Assembly (NCBI GenBank): GCA_963662495.2
Contig: CAXVYQ010000004.1
Location: 7,331 to 71,330 of the forward strand
Length of the DNA stretch: 64,000 nt
Direction of reading: 5' to 3'
Source: Terriglobia bacterium
GTDB lineage: Bacteria > Acidobacteriota > Terriglobia > 2-12-FULL-54-10
Shown here: positions 60,261 to 64,000 of the stretch, one piece after another
How the letters are laid out: each line of letters opens with the position of its first letter
Position numbering within the stretch: the first letter of the stretch is position 1
The notes under the pieces: generated by a model
The model's database searches: none
What the model saw: only the letters and a program-made list of their open reading frames with translations
Told to the model about the DNA's origin: nothing
Translations under genes and position numbers: made by a program

Positions 60261-60767
60261 TGCTCTAATCCAAATTTCTGTCTTTCAGCAAACCGGAGGG
60301 GAACCATATTCCAATCCGTGATTCCAATTCGCGTGTTCCCGCCAACCGATAAAGACCTGCGCGGAACAGGTCCTGGAAAAATGCCGGTACAATGTCGGCA
60401 CGATGGATGTTGTTCGTCCCGTCTTGCAATCCCGCGGCGCATCAGGACACTCATCCCGCATTTCTTTTCCACTCTGTAATATCGGCTCCATTTCGAGACT
60501 GATCCCTTTGTAATTCGTTTCGAGGACCTTCGTGTGATTTTAGTAACACGTTACTATCCGATCAAACAGAGCCCGGCCGGACAAAACCGGGCGAAATCCC
60601 GGCGCGGCGTTGACGAATCCCAGTCCAGTCCGATGCATTCCTCCACGCCGAATTGCCGACCCGAGTTACTGCTGATGCCAGGAAAATTCGTCCCCGGCCA
60701 CGGCGCGGCAGGAGTTATAATGGCGGCATTGCTTTCGCAGATAGTTAGCGGTAAAAAGGAGGGTACT

Positions 60768-61316
60768 TTGAAGCATCGGCGTTTCAGGATTTTCATGGCA
60801 GGTTTCTTGTTTCTGGCCTTGGCAGGGGCATTCATTGCCCAGCCACTGCAGGCCCAGGATTTGATGACCAACTTTAAGGTGGGAGATCCGGCACCGGATT
60901 TCACACTCCCGGATCAGGGCAACAATAAAATCACGCTCAGCGACTTCAAGGGCGAAAAGAATGTGGTGCTGGCATTTTACGTCCTGGCGTTCACCGGAGG
61001 CTGAATCCGGGAATTACAGGCATATCAGGCTGATATTGCCACCTTTGAAGATTCAGACACACAGATTCTCGGCATCAGCGTGGACAGTGTTCCCGCCAAC
61101 CGCCGCTTCTCGGAAGACATCCAGGTCACCTTTCCGTTGCTGAGCGATTTCCAAAGAAACGTCAGCAAGGAATACGGAATCATCAATGAGGAAAGGGGCA
61201 CCGCCATCCGAACCACCTACGTGATAGACAAGCAGGGGATCATCCGGAAGATCGAGCAGGGCTCGGTCGCTATCGACCCCTCTGGCGCTGCGCAGATGTG
61301 CAGCCTCTTGAAATGA
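60768..61316 (+). CDS. Secreted AhpC/TSA peroxiredoxin, probable selenoprotein (TGA 61002-61004)
   Basis: RBS AAGGAG with a TTG start, signal peptide and VGDPAPDFTL. AFTGG-[TGA]-IREL sits at the TxxC peroxidatic site and continues in frame through ILGISVD, FPLLSD and RTTYVIDK. Confidence 0.88.
61019..61040 (+). promoter_or_regulatory. SECIS-like hairpin
   Basis: GGCA-TATCA-(GGC)-TGATA-T-TGCC, with the apical G 24 nt after the TGA. Confidence 0.6.
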
Positions 61317-61591
61317 ATCTGAATTGATTTGATGCAGAAATGGCCGGTCTGGCTGGGACCGGGTAGTGGCCGCTGCCGCTAGCCGGACCCGCCGGGTCTG
61401 CCATGTCCGTCGCAGGGGCGGGCCTGTTGCATAACCCGCCTACCTAACCCTCTTACCTAACGAGGACCCAGTCTCAAAACTCTGACCTGTTGATGACCGG
61501 GGGCCCCGGTCAATAATTCACGGCCCCACACGGTTCAGGATGGGCATTTCCCCCGGCCTGCCATCTCCGGCGCCTGCCACAAATCAGCCCC

Positions 61592-63271
61592 TTACCGGGA
61601 CCGTCCACCGCCACTCGCATCCACTGCATTCGGCGGCGCATCCAATGCATCATCTAATGATGCTGGCGGCGCGTAGTACCGTTGCAGATTTGCGATGGAA
61701 TCGGCTCGTTTCATCAGGGCATCGACTTCCTCGGGACTGAAGGCCTTGGCGCCCAGCCGCACCAGCAACTCCGCCGTGCTTTCGTAATTTCCATAGAGCC
61801 CGGCCCGGCTCGGCCGCGGGCTGATGCCGGCCGCCATGGTCCAGGGCGTCTCCCCCGACATATCCTCCACATTCACGTCGGCACCCTTCGAGGCCAGGTA
61901 TTCGACGATGGCATCGGCTCCCGTAAAGGCGGCGGCATGCATCGCGGTCTCCCCGCCCACATTGGCGGCGTTCACATCGGCGTCCAGTCCCACGATCAGT
62001 TTCACTGCTTCCAGAGCCGCGGCCTTATCCTCTTCGCTCCGGTAGGCCTTCCACACGCCTCCGGCCGCGACCATCAAAGGCGTGGTCCCACCGCGTGCTT
62101 CCAGCAGCGGATCGGCCCCATTTTCCACCAGCCGCCGGATCAGGCCGATGTCAGCCGAAACCGCCGCCAGGAAAAAGGGCGTCGCGCCGTCCATGCGCGC
62201 GGCATGGGGAGCACGGGATGGAAAATTCGTCAGACTCTTTTTGATCTGAGCGTTCGGGTCAGCGCCCGCGGCCAGCAGCGGCCCGACCAGACCGGGCATG
62301 TTCACCCAGGGGGCGCGGTAATACGGCTCGTACTCAAATTCAAATTGAAAACCAATCAGGTCGGAAAGACCCTTCCGGTTGGCATAGTGCAGGGGAGTAA
62401 TCCCGTTGCCATCGGCCACGTTCGGATCTGCCCCTCTTTCCAGCATCAGCAGGGCCATCTCCTCATGACCGCTGGCAGCCGCCACCACCAGGGCGTTGCC
62501 GTAATCCGGCGCGGATTCAGTCACATCCGCTCCCGCATCCAGCAATATTCTGGCGGACTCCACGTCCCCCTGCTGGGCGGCAAACATCAAAGGGCTGAAT
62601 CCGCTCGAGCCGGACCCAGCCTCGCTCTCTCCCTGATAGTTGGCGGCATAAAGCAGCGGCGTATACCCATCCGACCCATTCGACAAGGCGTTCACATCCG
62701 CACCGGCCCCGGCCAGCAACGCGACAACCCGCGGGTGCCTTTCAGCCACGGCCCACATCAAAGCGGTCTGCGCGCCCTGTCCCTCGGTGGCGTTGACCTG
62801 TGCGCCATGATCGAGCAGCAATCTGACCCCGTCCACGTCCCCGGTCTTCGAACACGTCATGAGCGCCGTCTCGCCGGTAACCTGGGCCGCGTTGGGGTCC
62901 GCTCCGGCTTCCAGCAGAATTTTGACAGCCTCCCCGTTTCTGTTCGTGCAGGCCAGCGCCAGCGGAGCAACCCCGTAATCATTCGCCCGATTCACGTCCG
63001 CCCCGGCACGAATCAGCAGCCCCGACGTCTGGAGGTCATTGCGGTGCACGGCCCAGGCCAGCGCGGTCGCGCCGTCCGGCTGCGCCTCATTCACATCCAC
63101 CACATCCACCCGCTGCTGGAGGAGTGTCCGCACGGTCTCGGCGTCTCCCTGCTTCACCGCCTCCAACAGCCGCAGATCGCCGCTGGCGGCATGGCCCACA
63201 GCCGATAGAAATGCTGCCACGAGCACCCATCCACTCAGGCATCCGTTCAGGACTTTGCCGATGTTTCTCAT
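61592..63271 (-). CDS. Secreted ankyrin-repeat protein
   Basis: Repeated G.T(A/P)L..A...G...V..LL..GAD(V/P)N units and a signal peptide. Confidence 0.92.
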   Translation of the reverse strand: MRNIGKVLNGCLSGWVLVAAFLSAVGHAASGDLRLLEAVKQGDAETVRTLLQQRVDVVDVNEAQPDGATALAWAVHRNDLQTSGLLIRAGADVNRANDYGVAPLALACTNRNGEAVKILLEAGADPNAAQVTGETALMTCSKTGDVDGVRLLLDHGAQVNATEGQGAQTALMWAVAERHPRVVALLAGAGADVNALSNGSDGYTPLLYAANYQGESEAGSGSSGFSPLMFAAQQGDVESARILLDAGADVTESAPDYGNALVVAAASGHEEMALLMLERGADPNVADGNGITPLHYANRKGLSDLIGFQFEFEYEPYYRAPWVNMPGLVGPLLAAGADPNAQIKKSLTNFPSRAPHAARMDGATPFFLAAVSADIGLIRRLVENGADPLLEARGGTTPLMVAAGGVWKAYRSEEDKAAALEAVKLIVGLDADVNAANVGGETAMHAAAFTGADAIVEYLASKGADVNVEDMSGETPWTMAAGISPRPSRAGLYGNYESTAELLVRLGAKAFSPEEVDALMKRADSIANLQRYYAPPASLDDALDAPPNAVDASGGGRSR

Positions 63272-63324
63272 ATCCGCTCTCCTCTGATCCGGAGGGCGAT
63301 CCGGAACCCCTCGCCACTCCAGCC

Positions 63325-64000
63325 TTATACCAATGATAAAAGTTTCAGATTTCCCGTGCTGTCGCCGATGCGATCCAGGGGAATCCCCATTTTTTCCAGC
63401 AAGGTCAGGTACAGGTTGGTCAGCGGTGTACCCTTCGGATACTGGACGTGATAATTTCTCCGGATATTTCCGGCGCCACCGCCCGCCAGCACCGTGGGCA
63501 GGCCTTGGTAGGAATGGCTGTTGCCGTCGCTGATCCCGCCGCCGTAGACAATCATCGAATGGTCCAGCAGGTTGCCATCACCCTCCGTGGTGGATCGAAG
63601 TTTCTCCAGCAGATAGGCGCACAGCTTGGAATGATAGGTATTGATCCGGAGCACCTTGGCAATCTTATCGGGGTCCTTCTGGTGGTGGGTCAGTTGGTGG
63701 TGCGCATCCGGGATGCCGATCTCGCGGAAACTCCGGTCGCTCTGCTCGCGGCCCATCATGAAGGTACAGACACGGGTCAGGTCCGACTGGAAGGCCAGCA
63801 CCTCGAGGTCGAACATGATCTGAGCGTACTCGTCGAATCTCTCCGGTACGCCGGCGGGCCGCTCCACCACGGGCAGCTCGCGTGAAGATTGCTCTTCGGC
63901 GATCTGAATGCGGCGCTCCACATCGCGCACCGCGTCGAAATATTCGGAGAGCTTGGCCTGGTCGCGCGGCCCGAGCTGGCGGGAGAGCCGGGCAGCGTCC
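63325..64000 (-). CDS. DUF1552 domain protein, 3' part
   Basis: SDLTRV.TFM, HHQLTHH, GNLLDHSM, GNSH, GDSTG. The 5' end lies outside the window. Confidence 0.85.
   Translation of the reverse strand, partial: DAARLSRQLGPRDQAKLSEYFDAVRDVERRIQIAEEQSSRELPVVERPAGVPERFDEYAQIMFDLEVLAFQSDLTRVCTFMMGREQSDRSFREIGIPDAHHQLTHHQKDPDKIAKVLRINTYHSKLCAYLLEKLRSTTEGDGNLLDHSMIVYGGGISDGNSHSYQGLPTVLAGGGAGNIRRNYHVQYPKGTPLTNLYLTLLEKMGIPLDRIGDSTGNLKLLSLV

Noticed and set aside
61494-61512. Inverted repeat tgaccgggg-g-ccccggtca resembling the IS3 left end
   Set aside because: The match is only about 9 bp with no other IS sequence. It is more likely a terminator-like hairpin between convergent genes.

Overview
GC-rich bacterial chromosomal window, probably Acidobacteriota (inferred from gene content and order: DUF4159, DUF5916, DUF1552/ankyrin, TIGR03437-like protein, nuo genes joined to atpZ/I/B/E). 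It contains yicC-msbA, a CadC-like regulator with a divergent envelope/lipid operon, ppiD, argD, hpnI, and a nuoCDHJKLMN-atpZIBE cluster lacking nuoABEFGI. It also has c-di-GMP enzymes, Mrr, hicBA, two IS3 remnants and a LysR locus with three UbiD (de)carboxylases plus an ADP-forming acyl-CoA ligase. Two genes that the ORF track cuts short are probable selenoproteins, each with an in-frame TGA at a conserved Cys position followed by a SECIS-like hairpin: an ArsM-like methyltransferase (35225-36007) and a secreted peroxiredoxin (60768-61316). At least four genes carry single-base frameshifts, which suggests residual assembly errors. No rRNA, tRNA or CRISPR array was recognised. All calls come from reading motifs by eye; no database searches were run.
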